Part shown: positions 12,325-25,702 of the stretch, piece after piece | Layout: each line of letters begins with the position of its first letter | Position numbering within the stretch: the first letter of the stretch is position 1 | DNA from: Mytilus edulis | Lineage: Eukaryota | Assembly (NCBI RefSeq): GCF_963676685.1 | Contig: NC_092348.1 | Coordinates: 39,618,001-39,682,000, forward strand | Reading direction: 5' to 3' | DNA length: 64,000 nucleotides | Notes under the pieces: generated by a model | What the model saw: the letters and a program-made list of their open reading frames with translations, nothing else | Told to the model about the DNA's origin: nothing | The model's database searches: none | Made by a program: the position numbers and the translations under genes

Positions 12325-14038
12325 CAGTATCACTGGGGTAAATGTGATCTCCGTAACTGCATGTACATTTATCCGAAGATGGCGGACGATTTTTTTGGTC
12401 AATATTTCTTTTGTAAATTCTGTAATAATAATGTATTATTCTTTGGTATTTCATGTCTTTTTTAACGTCTTCCTAGATTTGAAACCGAAGTATTAAGTGT
12501 TTTTTTCATAATTCAACCGCCAAATGGACAAACAGCCATTTAAACTATCGTGATGATATGGATAACTGAAGTAAATAAATGTCAATGATATACGTAACTG
12601 GAAAAATTGATATCCGTAACTGATTTTATTTCAAAACAATTCAATCATGTTTGAAAATTTGAAATAAATGTCTCCAGTAATTAAAAAGGTAAAAAGCAAT
12701 TAATAAAAATAGTTCTTCGAAGTCTTAAAATTGTTATGTGAAATATTGATCAGGCTTCCAGTTCTGTATTTCTATAAAGTCAGCAGCATGCATAGTGAGC
12801 TAGCTATATATTTGGTAAAAATGTAAATCTCAAACAGACCAAACGAATTGATAACAACTGTCATATTCTTTGTTTAATTCAAGCATTTCCTTTTGTAGAA
12901 AATGGTAGATTAAATATGGTTTTATAGCTAGCTAAGCCTATCATTTTTATTAGACTCGCATAGAATTCCATTATATTAACAACATTGTTTTAGCAAAGCA
13001 AAGACACATGATATGTCAAAAGATCAAAATTTGGGGATAATGAATCGGTCAACATAATTTTAAAATCTTAATCACTATAAAACAATATTTAAAACAATTT
13101 CAACAGAGAAACACAAAATGGCATTTAAAGGCGTTCAAGATAAAGTTCATAAGCCAAATTTGAAGGCAAGAGTACAAAATGACCATAGCACCGTAACAAA
13201 ATGGCGGTATGTATAAATACTTAGCCACCCAATAAAAAAGAGCACAATATCACCTACATTAGATGATAAACAACAAGTACCTAAACATTACATTTCAAGA
13301 CGCCCAAGATTGACTCGGGATTGGAAAAATTGTCTCTAGTGGTCTTCCTCTATTTTAACCATATCCAAAGTTGGGCGTCCGTATGAATATTGCGAGGTTA
13401 AACATGTTTGCTTGCGTCCGATCCTCCCCTAACCTGGGACAGTGGTGTAACAGTACAACATAAGAGCAGACTAAAAAAAATCAGTTGAAAAGGCGTTACT
13501 CATCAGGTGGATATTTTTTTTCACAAACAAAGTGAACTTGGGAGGGTACTGGTACATCCCAATAAGTAACAGACACTATACAAAGATCTGAGAGTAATCG
13601 CAACTACTGAAAGCTAGTTCAAAGCCAATGAAAACTAATACAAAAAATCATGCATCTAAGATTAAGCTATCAGTTATGACACATCCGACATCCAAAGAAT
13701 GAAGTGTGAAAACGTCTTAAATAGTGGATTTTTTTCAAATGTTGCTATAATATTGTGGGCATATTTATTTATCCCGATAATTTCATATATTTTGACGAAT
13801 TTATGACAGTTTTATTTTCAAAAAAATGATGGTCCGAACTATTAAATCGAGGATAATAAATGAAGCTGAAACAACGCAAATCTACAGTTACGGATATCAG
13901 TCTGTGCAGTTACCCATATCCTGACGATTGTTTGAAATAATGATTTCTCAATTTAACGGTTGAATAATGAAAAGAAGCTTCCGCCATCTTTTGATATACG
14001 TAACTGCAGAGATAACATTTACCCCGGTGAGTATACTG
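12325..14038. mobile_element. Non-autonomous TIR element (Tc1/mariner-like CAGTA ends) with nested repeat insertions
   Basis: Left end cagtatcactggggtaaatgtgatctc matches the reverse complement of the right end gagataacatttaccccggtgagtatactg|TA. Internal repeated cgtaactg motif. Confidence 0.6.
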
Positions 14039-14097
14039 TAAGGCACAAACCCCTACTCATACATGTATAAGAATTGTGTTGTTGATATTATTGTGTG

Positions 14098-14098
<1 letters not shown>

Positions 14099-14136
<38 letters not shown>
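14099..14136. repeat. (GT)n microsatellite
   Basis: Pure GT run. Confidence 0.95.
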
Positions 14137-14139
<3 letters not shown>

Positions 14140-14687
14140 ATGACATACAGTGTTTGAATTGTAAAATTTGAATTGTGAATAGATTTATGATGTTATTTAT
14201 TTGAATGTTCACCATATAAAATGTGATGTGTTGACAAACAGCTTTAGGTATATTCAGTCATATTTAATTGTTCATTTTAGAACACAATTAAAGGCAACAG
14301 AAGTATGACGCTGTTCGAAATTCATAAATCGAGTGAGAAAAACAAACAAATCCGTGTTACAACCTTAAAATGGGGAAAACATCAATTATAAGAGAACTAC
14401 GACACAACAGAAACACAACATTAAAATCTAACACACACAGAAACAAACAAAAATATATACAATGACAATTTTTCAGACATGGTACAGGACCTTTAAAGAA
14501 AAAAAATGATGGGTTGAACCTGGTTGTGTGGCATGCCAAACCTCACGCTTTTATGGCAATGTTCAGTTTTAAAAACATGCACAATTCTATATTGTCTGGC
14601 CATTTACGTAAAAAGAAAACAAAAGCTAAATCTCGAGATACTTTTGGTATGAAATGAGGGGAGGATATATATATATATATCTAGATT

Positions 14688-15415
14688 ACCCCATGTAACA
14701 TATGTGGTGCAAATAAACACCCTCATAAGTCATCAAGAACACCAGTTATAGCCATGCCTGTTGGTGCACCACTAGATAGATTAGCCACTGATTACCTAGG
14801 TCCCTTACCCACCACACCTTATAAATTTTATTTAACTGTGACCGACTATTTTACAAAGTGGGTTGAGGTATTTCCTATTTAAGACCAGACTGCTGTTGTT
14901 TGTGCACAGTTGATCTTGAATGAAGTCATATGTCGTTGTGGCAGTCCATTGGCTCTTCATTCTTAATGAGGTCGAGCCTATGAAAGTCAAATTTTTCAGG
15001 AATTATGTCAAATTCTTGAAAAAAGGAAAACTAGAACAAGTCCTAGAAATCCAAAATGTAATGGACAACTTGAAATATTGAACAGTAGTATAATATCCAT
15101 AATAAAAGCATATCTTAGGGGAGAACAGACCAATTGGGACGTGAACACTGTTCCAGGAAAACATTTAGAAGTAAACTGTAAAAGGCGAAAAGACTACTAT
15201 GACAATAAAACAATTTATATGACTATAAAGTCTCAGATAAGGTCTGGTATCGTAATGAGATTAAAAGGGAAGGAATATGTTCTAAATTACAACCCCTTTT
15301 TACTGGTCCTCGACTAGAGACCAAGAAAATAAATTACCTGGATTATGAAATTCATATAAATGCCCATACCCAATGGAAAATTGTCAATCATGACAAACTA
15401 TAACCCTATAACGGT
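14688..15415 (+). pseudogene. Ty3/Gypsy integrase relic
   Basis: Translation through stops: PVGAPLDRLATDYLGPLP..TVTDYFTKWVEVFPI*DQTA..LHS**GRAYESQIFQELC..KTRTSPRNPKCNGQLE..QTNWD. Confidence 0.88.
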
Positions 15416-16287
15416 CAAGTCGGAGTATTTTGTTATTATAATCGCTACTAGAACACACCCGCAAAATCGCGGGCTTTAGAATGTGATTGAAAGTATGTTA
15501 ACTGTTGTAGGATGAAGTTTATATGAAACTGATACTTAAGAGTTAATAGGTAGTTTTTTTCAAAGTTTTTTGAATTTCCGTTAATTTCAATTTTTTTCGC
15601 CCATAGATAGTAAACTTGAAATTGTTAGTAATTAGCAAATAGTCTTTATTTATGATTGAGTAAACTGAAATAAACGTGTAATGTTAAAAACAGTTATAAA
15701 CGGAAGACTTGTTTATGACTTAAAAGTATGTCCGATGACGGAAACAATATCCGGACGACTTTATTTTCGTTTTTCTCCCAAAATAACCAAACCTAAAAAA
15801 TCATTAGCAAGGATGACAAATGTGACTATGCATGGTACCTATAGGACATAGAGGCATGATGATTAGTTTAATAGGGAAGGAGGAGGAGCGCTACACAAAA
15901 TGAGGTCTTCTTATTTAATAATATAGATATATTTGCCCAAGGGAGGTCACATGTACTTTTAAAGTTGATTAACTTTGAACCTTCCAAAATCATATGTAAT
16001 TCGATCATGATCATTGTTTTATAATTAGATTAGTCTAACTTCTTAAAAGCCAACTTTTCAATTGTTTTCTATACTTAAACTTAAGTCAGAAATATATCAA
16101 ATACGGTTTACAGAATTTAACACAATTGCCACAAAGATAACCAGGAAAATAGGTCATTTACTAGGATGGTTGTGATCTGGAGTTTTTTTTGGAGGAAAAA
16201 CTGATATATATATATAGGATCTTTTACTACGGACGAGTTCGTGTGTTTAACATGTTTAACAGGAGACTTTATCTGGGTTTTTTTAAG

Positions 16288-17105
16288 ATGTCTTCACAAA
16301 TCCGTATGACTAAAAGAGACTTGGCCTACAGATGTTTGAGATGTATCCCACAGAGGAAGCTCATGTGGCAGAGAAGACACGTATGGAGGCGCATATCTAC
16401 AAGAGGCACCTGACCCTAGAAATTGCGCCATTCCTCTGTACTCTGTGCATGAACAAATGTAAATCCGTGAAAACCCTACACAAGCATGTGGACACAGTCA
16501 TGCCATATGTAAACCAAAGAAAGAAATGTATGCATCACATAGAACAGATTCAGGGGAGACTCTGAAAACTTGTTCACCAGTTCACAACATCTTGTTTTAA
16601 TGCTTTATTAGACTTTCCTGACTATGAGGTCTTACCTGCTATTAATTCCCAGAGGCATTGGGCTTCTAAGATCCGTGCAAGACCTGTGGCCACTCCAGTA
16701 AGAGCAGCGGCTCTACCAGCCACCTACCCATATCAGAACCAGGCTCCAGTAAGGGCAGTGGCTCTACCAGCCACTAACCATATTCAGAGCAAGGCTCCAG
16801 TAAGGATAGAATAAAAACTCAAGACCAAAAGCTGCGAAAGGAGTGAGAACATCAATGATATAAGCACATGGAGTTGTGCATGGTATTACTATTCCAGGAA
16901 AGTTGTGTCATTGGATACAAACATGCCACTCACCGCCTTAACACAACTTATTGTTCCACCAATTAAATCCGACCAACAGATGAATTCGACAATTCATCAA
17001 CTGGTGACTCATCCGAATGTGTCTGCCCTTGGAGAGGTGGGGGTGGATTTCACAGTAGAGGAGAAGCTGCATCAAAGTTGGATGTATCAGCATATGGATG
17101 ATTAG
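16288..17105 (+). pseudogene. Degenerate zinc-finger/TatD-like ORF relic, chimeric with orphan family A
   Basis: YRCLRC..RMEAHIYKRH..APFLCTLC..LHKH zinc-finger-like region, a 48-bp direct repeat at 16695-16803, and HPNVSALGEVGVDFT resembling the TatD VAIGEIGLD motif. Confidence 0.55.
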
Positions 17106-17540
17106 AATGCAAGAGACAGGGAGAAGGGTTTTTTTTGTGCTACTTTTTCTTTTTTCTTTTTACTTTTTATGTATTATAAACTTTTTTTTTTTTTTTTTTT
17201 TGTGGCATCTAATCAGTAAAAATAACATTACGTCATCGAGTTCATTATGCATATATGTTTCAAATCATATTTAAGATGTACCTTACCAAGTGACGTATGT
17301 TATGTAATTTGCAGAACATGATTCAACCCTCTGACACACCTTTCTTTTCCATTGTAAACAACAATAGCGTTTCGAGTTGGAGGTAGCCAAATTCTCAATT
17401 GTCAAATCTCTTAATCTTAATCATGTATATCGGGTTAAGACAACTGCATCATATAAGTATACCCCAGTGCATGGCGGCTTACTCAAAATTTTGCAGTCAA
17501 ATCAGCTGTATGAGATATTCAAGTATCTTATAACCACCTA

Positions 17541-18260
17541 ATGGATACATCTTGTACAAATTTCGAGAGGAGAAGACGAGAAAACACCGAAAGAAGACAT
17601 CTCTCAAGACTCAGAGATAAGCTTTTCAAAAGACTGAGGGAAAATCGAGTATAAAAATCGCACTACAACAATCACCTATGATATCGGCCTCGCATGTTGG
17701 CAACAAAAGATGAAGTTGCGAGAAAAAATATTTCACAAGTGACGTAGTAATGGAACTAAAAAGAAGTGCATTCCTAAACGACGAACATGAACTTGAGCTG
17801 ATAGGATTAATTTAAATAGCAGCTGCACTCACTATAGTCGCTAAAAAAAGTTCTTTCTAAGGCAAAAGGTGGTCGTTCAACTACTCCAATTTTGGAATAA
17901 AAAATAAATAGAAAGGCAAGGCCAAAAGCTGCAAAAGGAGTAAGAACATCCAGGATATCAGCAGATGGAATAGTGCATAATATTACTATTCCTGGGAAGT
18001 TGTATCATTAGATACAAACATGCCACTCACACTAAAACACAACTTACTGTTCGTCCAAAAGATGTAATTAGACAATTGGATGTATTGGCATTATAAGGAC
18101 TAGAATGCGAGTGACAGTGATTAGAGTTTTTTTGTATTTTAAACTTTTTTTTAGTCATATAATCATTGAAGATAACATGTCTACATAGGGTTCATTATGC
18201 ATATATAATGATAAATATATTTTGAATTTACCTTACCAAATGACATATAACATGCAACCC
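17541..18260 (+). pseudogene. Orphan family A copy (small basic protein, decayed)
   Basis: MDTSCTNFERRRRENTERRHLSRLRD.. aligns with 27609-28218. Shared 3' block ggccaaaagc..attactattcc..atacaaacat..ccact and downstream gttcattatgcatata..taccttaccaa. Confidence 0.55.
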
Positions 18261-19139
18261 TCTAGTGTATAGTGATAAGTCGTAAGATTGTAAGTCCCTG
18301 ACGTGGGTAAAATAAGATCGTAAACTTGACCTGCTACATATCAAATCTTGCTTATATGTTTATTGCTATAAATTCATGTTAGTGACAAAAAAGTTCATAT
18401 ATATTATGAATACATATGATCGGTTCAAATGAGATATTCATGTTTTAATGGATCTTCAATCTTTCGGTTTGTGATTTGTAATTGAGTCTTTAGAAGCACG
18501 ATTTTTTTATTTAGTTGCAATTGGTTTTGAACAGCTGTCAGTAACTGCGAGTACTCTTGGATCTGTACTTTGGATGTACAAGTACCCGATCACGTACATG
18601 TGGTTTTTTTTATATTTATTTCTATTTGTATTCATCTAATAAGTTAAGCGTTTTTCGAATGATTTATATGGTGTGTTCTAATGATGTACCGTTACACCAC
18701 TGTCCCAGGTTTAAAAAAGGGGGGGTGAGATCCTGCTTCATGTTCAAAAACTATGTAATTATGTATATTTCCATCTATCGTGTTCACTATTGTAAAATAT
18801 TATTTGTATCAATTATCCAGTGCCTCTTGTTACAGTTTGTCTATCGTGTTAATAAAGTTCTAAGTTGACTTGCGGATCAAGCCAAAGGGTACCACAACAC
18901 ACAAATACAACAGGGAAAAACATTTACAAATGTAAAGGCATTTGACAAAATTCGATGAGAATAACAAATATAACATCAAAACTAAATACATGAATTTGGG
19001 ATTGAAAAGTACCGTGACTCGTCTTATAGCAATGCGAATTCATGCTCTATGATATAAATAATATTTATGTAACAATGAGGAACAATTTTTCTTTTCGTAA
19101 GAGAAAACACCAGAAATACTATTCAAATTAAACGTCAAC

Positions 19140-19620
19140 TGAATCGTCAGCGCTACAACAATGCCATAGAACTTCCTAAAACAATGGTTGTAGGACCCCG
19201 AATTCCTGCAACTTATGGATAACAGTCGTTGGCAAATAGATGCCACCAGTGAAAGGTTACAACTACATGTGTAACATAGAAAATTGTTATTCTGTTTATA
19301 CATGTTATACAATCAAGTTGCGAGGTTCATTAAAAATGAAATTCGCAAAAAATATTACTGAACTTATTTAAGATCTAGGCATTTATGTTTTTTGCCAAAA
19401 TCATAACATACACAGTGACAATGCTAAAGTATTCACAAATTCAAACTTGGTTGAAATTGGGTTAATTTATATTATATCATATCACCTCCAAAGCCAAGGA
19501 CGCGTAGAACGCTTCAATAGAATCTTACAGAATATTTCAAAAAAAAGTTGTCATTGAAAAAAGTCTGACCTTCAAAACTGTCAGAACAGCTACAACAGAG
19601 TATACAAAAGCACAAAACAT
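19140..19620 (+). pseudogene. Retroviral-like integrase relic (Ginger/GIN-like)
   Basis: NSRWQID (~19221) and HLQSQGRVERFNRILQ (~19483) match integrase core motifs. Heavily decayed. Confidence 0.45.
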
Positions 19621-20046
19621 TCCAAATTCAGTTTTTTAGAACGGGTACACCATATCAGTTTTACTTTGAAATATCAGTCAACGATATGCAGTCAAAAAAT
19701 TACTACTTCTTTCTTCAGGGATCTTCTTAAAAAAATGCATTTAAATACTCAGTAGGGACACGCATAGCTCTAAAAATGTATATATTGCTATTTATTAAAT
19801 ATAGAATAATACAAACAAAAACTAAATGTTATAAGTTGTAAAATATGTTATAAATTAAGTAACACTGATAATTAAATTGGTAAAAGATAATGCAGTTTGA
19901 GATAAAATAAAATGAAACGAAAAAGATGAAACAAAATTTTGCAATGTTTTTTTTTTTTTGTTTTTTTTTTTCTCAACATATTTTCCATATACTCCTGATC
20001 TGTAAGTTGTTTCTGTGGTACTAGATAACTCAATTCTGCATGTATA

Positions 20047-20143
20047 TACTCTAGATAAGTAATGTACATAATCTTGTACATACTCTAGATAAGTAATGTA
20101 CATAATCTTGTACATAATCTAGATAAGTAATGTAAATAATCTT
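20047..20143. repeat. 34-bp tandem repeat x~3
   Basis: tactctagataagtaatgtacataatcttgtaca units. Confidence 0.85.
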
Positions 20144-20629
20144 ATTCTGATCTAAAATCACATTATAGTGTAGAAGTGCTGTTCTCTACATGTTCCTGCA
20201 GTAAAGAATTTATCTAAATAACGATCTAAATAATGAAATATTGAATCAACTGAAACAGAAAGACTTGAATTAAGTTATTGCTTTGTTAGGTTTATGTCTA
20301 TAAATTATAACAAACTTTTTTTTAATTCAATAACCGTATATTTATTTATAAAACATTTTTTACAAATTCATTAGCATTTGTTACATATTCACCAGTTTTT
20401 GTAATAGTTTAACTTTATGTAAATTGTAAATCAAAAATACTTTGAAAAACAAGCGCTGCATACACACATAATTGCGACTAGACCAAAATGGCTCCATTAA
20501 CATAAATATCCTGGAAAGTTCCTCAAGAAGTATTGTCTTTTTTTTAATTTTTTTCTCAAAACAAACAATATGACTAAAGACTAATGTACTAACAGTTTAA
20601 AATTCGGTAGTTTGTATTGTTTCGTTCGT

Positions 20630-21793
20630 CAGTACTATGTACAGGTCTGAGTTTAATGTGTATGGTTTTTCTTCTGATGCCAAATTGCATATAGGTGCAT
20701 ACAATTTACAGAAAATAGTTTTTTGCATTTAAGATTTTGATATATTTTCGCGATTTCGGTATGTTTTTAAGACATTTGTTTTATTTATTATTTTTATTCC
20801 TAATTTTCAGTAACTTTTTTCATATGCTATAAAAAGAACATTTGTCGAAGAATCAAAGCTCGACTACCTAAAGATTCACCAACAGTTGTTTCATGACCTT
20901 TTCGGTTATCTCAGAGATTGGACAAGAAACCACAAAGATACTTCTGAAGTTACCCAGACTCCCAGAAAAAAAAAACGGAATGAAACGCAAGAAATGTTTA
21001 GTTTGAACTGGTATGGTAAGATTCAGAAAACTACTGACTCAGTGGTGGTGTGCACCTTGTAAAGTCGGACTCTGCATCAACATGTACAAACTCATCATAG
21101 ATACCAGGACTAAATTTAGTATACACGCCAGACGCGCGTTTCGTCTACAAAAGACTCATCAGTGACGCTCGAATCCAAAAAAGTTAAAAAGGCCAAATAA
21201 AGTAAGAAGTTGAAGAGCATTTGAGGCCTAAAATTCCTAAACGTTTTGCCAAATCCAGCTAAGGTTTAAATCTATGCCTGAGGTAGAAAATGTACGTTTC
21301 AGGAGATGTAACACCCGCATTAACTTTGAAGTTCTTTTAGGCGATCTCAGTCTTGAATGTTTTTGTCAAAACATGTTTAATTGAACATTATGCAATAAAG
21401 TCTTTTAATAATTTCATTATCGTTTTCATGCTTAAAAAATACAATGACTGGCAACTTCAGGATGAAATGTTTTCTTAATTAAACACATTTAAAATGACAT
21501 CTCACCATAGAATTACAAAAACTTTCTGCTCTAAATTAAGATATTTAATTTTTCATATGCCTTATGTGTGGTCTAAATAATTATTCAATTAACGTAAACA
21601 GCATGCATGTGCCTGTACGTCGCATGTTTTGATTTAAGCGTTACTGATACATGCGCGTCCAATGCATATAATTATTAAACATGTTGTTTTCAATTTTTGA
21701 CGTTACATAACGTATAATATATAGTTACGTCATTCACATATTAATGGCAACGTGACGTTGTGATGAACAGCGTCTCGGCGCTGAATGGGTTAA
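20630..21793 (+). mobile_element. piggyBac relic (transposase C-terminus plus right end)
   Basis: KRKKCLV*..TQWWCAPCKVGLC resembles the piggyBac cysteine-rich domain. The element end GGG|TTAA lies at 21787-21793. A hammerhead-bearing repeat interrupts it at ~21090-21290. Confidence 0.55.
21125..21170 (-). ncRNA. Minimal type-I hammerhead ribozyme (intact core)
   Basis: Minus strand: GCGUCA CUGAUGA GUCU-uuugu-AGAC GAAA CGCGCG UC UGGCGU. Stem I, stem II, palindromic stem/loop III and the GUC cleavage triplet are all present. Confidence 0.88.
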
Positions 21794-22976
21794 TGCTTCC
21801 ACCAAATGCAAACCTGCCATACATCTACATTTTTGCATATGGAAATAAATCCGTGTGTGTAAGAGGATTTTTTTTTCAAGGCCCATTTGCCATCTGCTGT
21901 TGGAGTATGTTGCTGGTATTGGTTTTTCTTGTTCTGTGGTGTCCTTGGTAAATCAACTGCTGAAAGACACTGCTCGCATTACATTTAGGTAAAAAGGAAA
22001 ACAAACATTTTCCCGAACTATTGGGAAAAAAAAACTTCTCAGAATTTCGTACACTGTGTCACTTTTCCTTTAATCAGTTTTGTGTGGGTTTTTTTTTAAT
22101 TAGGGGCATACAGTGTTCGAATCACATCAATACAAATCGATAAAAAGTAAAATCACAAAAATACTGAACTCCGACGAAAACCAATTCGGAAAGTCCCTAA
22201 ATCACATGGCAAAATCAAATGACAAAACACATCAAAAACGAATGGAGAACAACTATTATTTCCTGACTTGGTGCAGGCATTAATGTAGAAAATGGTGGAT
22301 TGAATCTGGTTTTATAGCGCTAATAGTTATCAAAGGTACCAGGATTATAATTTAGTACGCCAGACTAAACCTCTCACTTTGTACGACAGTGTCATCAAAT
22401 TCCATTATATTTACAACGATGCGTGAATTAAACAGACATAATAAATAAAATAGTCAAAATATGGGTACAGCAGTCATCACCGTGTTACAATTTTAAAAGA
22501 AACAATTTTAAAAAAGAACTGAAAAGCTTCTTTCAAATTAACAACACATTCATTACTAATAGCCGTATTTGGCACAACCTTTTTGGAATTTTGTCCTCAA
22601 TGCTTTGTACTTTGTACTTGTGTAAATATTTTGATATGAGCGTCACTGATGAGTCGGGCGTACTCAATTGTAATCTTGGTACCTTTGATAACTATTCGCG
22701 TGTCTGACGTCAGAAAATTTATACGTCACATAGGAAGAGATTTTTGTCGTTCAATGTTTATACAAAACAATTTTATAATTTCACATGGGCAATGTTTGCA
22801 TACAGGTTTAAACATTAGATTTAATTTCAGAAATAGACCGAGATCTAAATTTGTCTAGAATTTCTCTAGAATTGATAAGAATCCACAAATGGTTAATACC
22901 TCTACGCGATTAAATAAATTTGACGATTGCGGTTCAAATAGATTCATCCTAGATACCAGAACTAAATTTAGTATAT

Positions 22977-23022
22977 ACACCAGACGCGCGTTTCGTCTAC
23001 AAAAGACTCAGCAGTAATGCTC
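22977..23022 (-). ncRNA. Hammerhead ribozyme copy, core mutated (CUGCUGA)
   Basis: Same family as 21125-21170 with a substitution in the CUGANGA box. Confidence 0.7.
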
Positions 23023-23470
23023 GAATCCAAAAAAGTTAAAAAGGCCAAATAAAGTACGAAGTTGAAGAGCATTGAGAACCGAAATCTGTATTTTGTATTT
23101 TCTAATTTATAATAGAAATATGACATAATGACGTATAATAGAACACTAACATACTGACGGGATCTTTTAAAGAACTGAGTCACGTTATAAGAACCAAAGA
23201 AACACAAAAAGTCGTATGCACAAAACACACCAGCAAAAATGAAGGATGTATAAGTACCGAGCCTCGTCAAATTGATATCGCAGAAAACAATCCACAATCC
23301 AAACAGTAAAAGTAATACATAACAGAACAAAGACTAACGAAAGAACAGATGGTAAACATCGTCAGTACGCAGACTATATACACCAAGACTATCATGTATT
23401 ATTTATGAAGTTAATACAGAATATTCATTAAAAAGGTCTTGGTACCTTCCGATGAACTTTAAAAAAAAAA

Positions 23471-25310
23471 ACTAGAGGGTCCAAGGACCCTGTGTCGCTC
23501 ACCTGATATTTTTATTTACAATTGTTGCATGATAAATGCAACTGTTGTACTGTTGTTTAGTTTCAGAGATATAATACTAAAGAGTGCATTTGAAACCTAT
23601 GTTTTATTTCAGCCATGTGGGCAGGCAGGGTCATCATACACAGTGGTCCCTGGATATCCTAGTGGTGATTTAAACCAAGTTTGTTTAAATCCGACAGTTG
23701 TTCAGGGGAGAATTTTTGTAAAATTTATCTAACAAGAAATGCAAAGTAATGAGAAAGTTGTGAAGTAGTTTTGTTGTTGCGCAACCCCCCCCCCCCCCCC
23801 CCCGCCTTTGCCAAAAAAAAACAAAAAGGTAATAAAAAATTATCATATATGGGCAATCTATCCTATAAATGATTTCTGCAAAATTCAGTTGATTGTGCAA
23901 CGGTTGTATAGCCAGCTGAGGTCGTTAAAAACTCTCTTTCTTTTGTTGTTGCAGATAGATCTTGACCTGATAAACAATTTTACCACATGTCAGATTTGCT
24001 CTAAATGCTTTGGTTTTTGAGTGATAAGCCAAAACTGCATTTTACCCCTATGTTCTATTTTTAGCCATGGCGGCCATCTTGGTTGGTTGGCCGGGTCACC
24101 GGACACAATTTTCAAACTAGATACCCTAATAATGATTTTGGCCATGTTTGGTTAAATCTGGTCCAGTAGTTTCAGAGGAGAAGATTTTTGTAAAAGATAA
24201 CTAAGATCTACGAAAAATGGTTAAAAATTGACTATAAAGGGCAATAACTCCTAAAGGGGTCAACAGACCATTTTGGTCATGTTGACTTATTTGTAGATCA
24301 TACTTAACTGAACATCTTTGCTGTTTACAGTTTATCTCTATCTATAATAATATTCAAGATAATAACCAAAAACAGCAAAATTTCCTTAAAATTACCAATT
24401 CAGGGGCAGCAACCTATCAACGAGTTGTCCGATACATCTCAAAATTTCAGGGCAGATAGATCTTGACCTGATACACAATTTTACTACATGTCAGATTTGC
24501 TCTATATGCTTCGGTTTTTGAGTGATAAGCCAAAAACTGCATTTTACCCCTATGTTCTATTTTTAGCCATGGCGGCCATCTTGGTTGGTTTGCCGGATCA
24601 CCGGACACAATTTTTAAACTAGATACCCGAATGATGATTGTGGCCAAGTTTGGTTTAATTTGGCCCAGTAGTTTCAGAGGAGAAGATTTTTGTAAAAGAT
24701 AATTAAGATTTACGAAAAATGGTTAAAAATTGACTATAAAGGGCAATAACTTCTAAAGGGGTCAACAGACCATTTTGGTCATGTTGACTTATTTGTAGAT
24801 CTTACTTTGCTGAACATTTTTGCTGTTTACAGTTTATCTATATCTATAATAATATTCAAGATAATAACCAAAAACAGCAAAATTTTCTCAAAATTACCAA
24901 TTCAGGGGCAGCAACCTATAAACGGGTTGTTCGATTCATCTGAAAATTTCAGGGCAGATAGATCTTGACCTGATAAACAATTTTACCACATGTCAGATTT
25001 GCTCTAAATGCTTTGGTTTTTGAGTTATAAGCCAAAAACTGCATTTTACCCCTATGTTCTATTTTTAGCCATGGCGGCCATCTTGGTTGGTTGGCCGTGT
25101 CACCGGACACAATTTTTAAACTAGATACCCTAATAATGATTTTGGCCATGTTTGGTTAAATTTGGCCCAGCAGTTTCAGAGGAGAAGATTTTTGTAAAAG
25201 TTAACGACGACGGACGCAGGACGACGACGGACGACGACGGACGACGACGGACGCCGGACGCCAAGTGATGAGAAAAGCTCACTTGGCCCTTCGGGCCAGG
25301 TGAGCTAAAA
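23471..25310 (-). mobile_element. Helentron-associated non-autonomous element (HINE) with ~502-bp internal tandem repeats
   Basis: Minus strand starts TTTTTAGCTCACCTGGCCCGAAGGGCCAAGTGAGC followed by a GTC microsatellite, and ends CAGGTGAGCG + hairpin GGGTCC-TT-GGACCC + TCTAGT in a T-run. The core unit recurs at ~23951, 24453 and 24954. Confidence 0.85.
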
Positions 25311-25702
25311 AAGGACGCGCCGTTCTTTGACATACCCCTGGTTCATCAACTTTCAATGTTTATTAGCTTTATTTGACAAAATTGAACCTTTTTAGCTGAT
25401 AAAAGCAAATTATTATTTCACTATTTCACTTTCATTAATGATAGAACAACAAAAAAACTAAGATTTTTTACATATCTTGTAGCTAGTGTCCCTTTAAAGA
25501 TAATTTTGTATAATACCGTACAACCATATTTTCATTCATATTTCTTAATTGTGAATTATTGAGTACATGCAATGATACATAATAGTAAAAATTATGATTT
25601 CTGTTAAATAAATTGAAAAATGGTATAAATATATATTTTTGGTGGAAAACATAAATATGTTTTTCTAAGTTTCATGAATCATATAGGCATTAAAATAAGT
25701 TT

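Noticed and set aside
24447-25333. Repeated short ORFs (..NQPRWPPWLKIEHRG..) as a peptide gene family
   Set aside because: They are translations of HINE internal tandem repeats.
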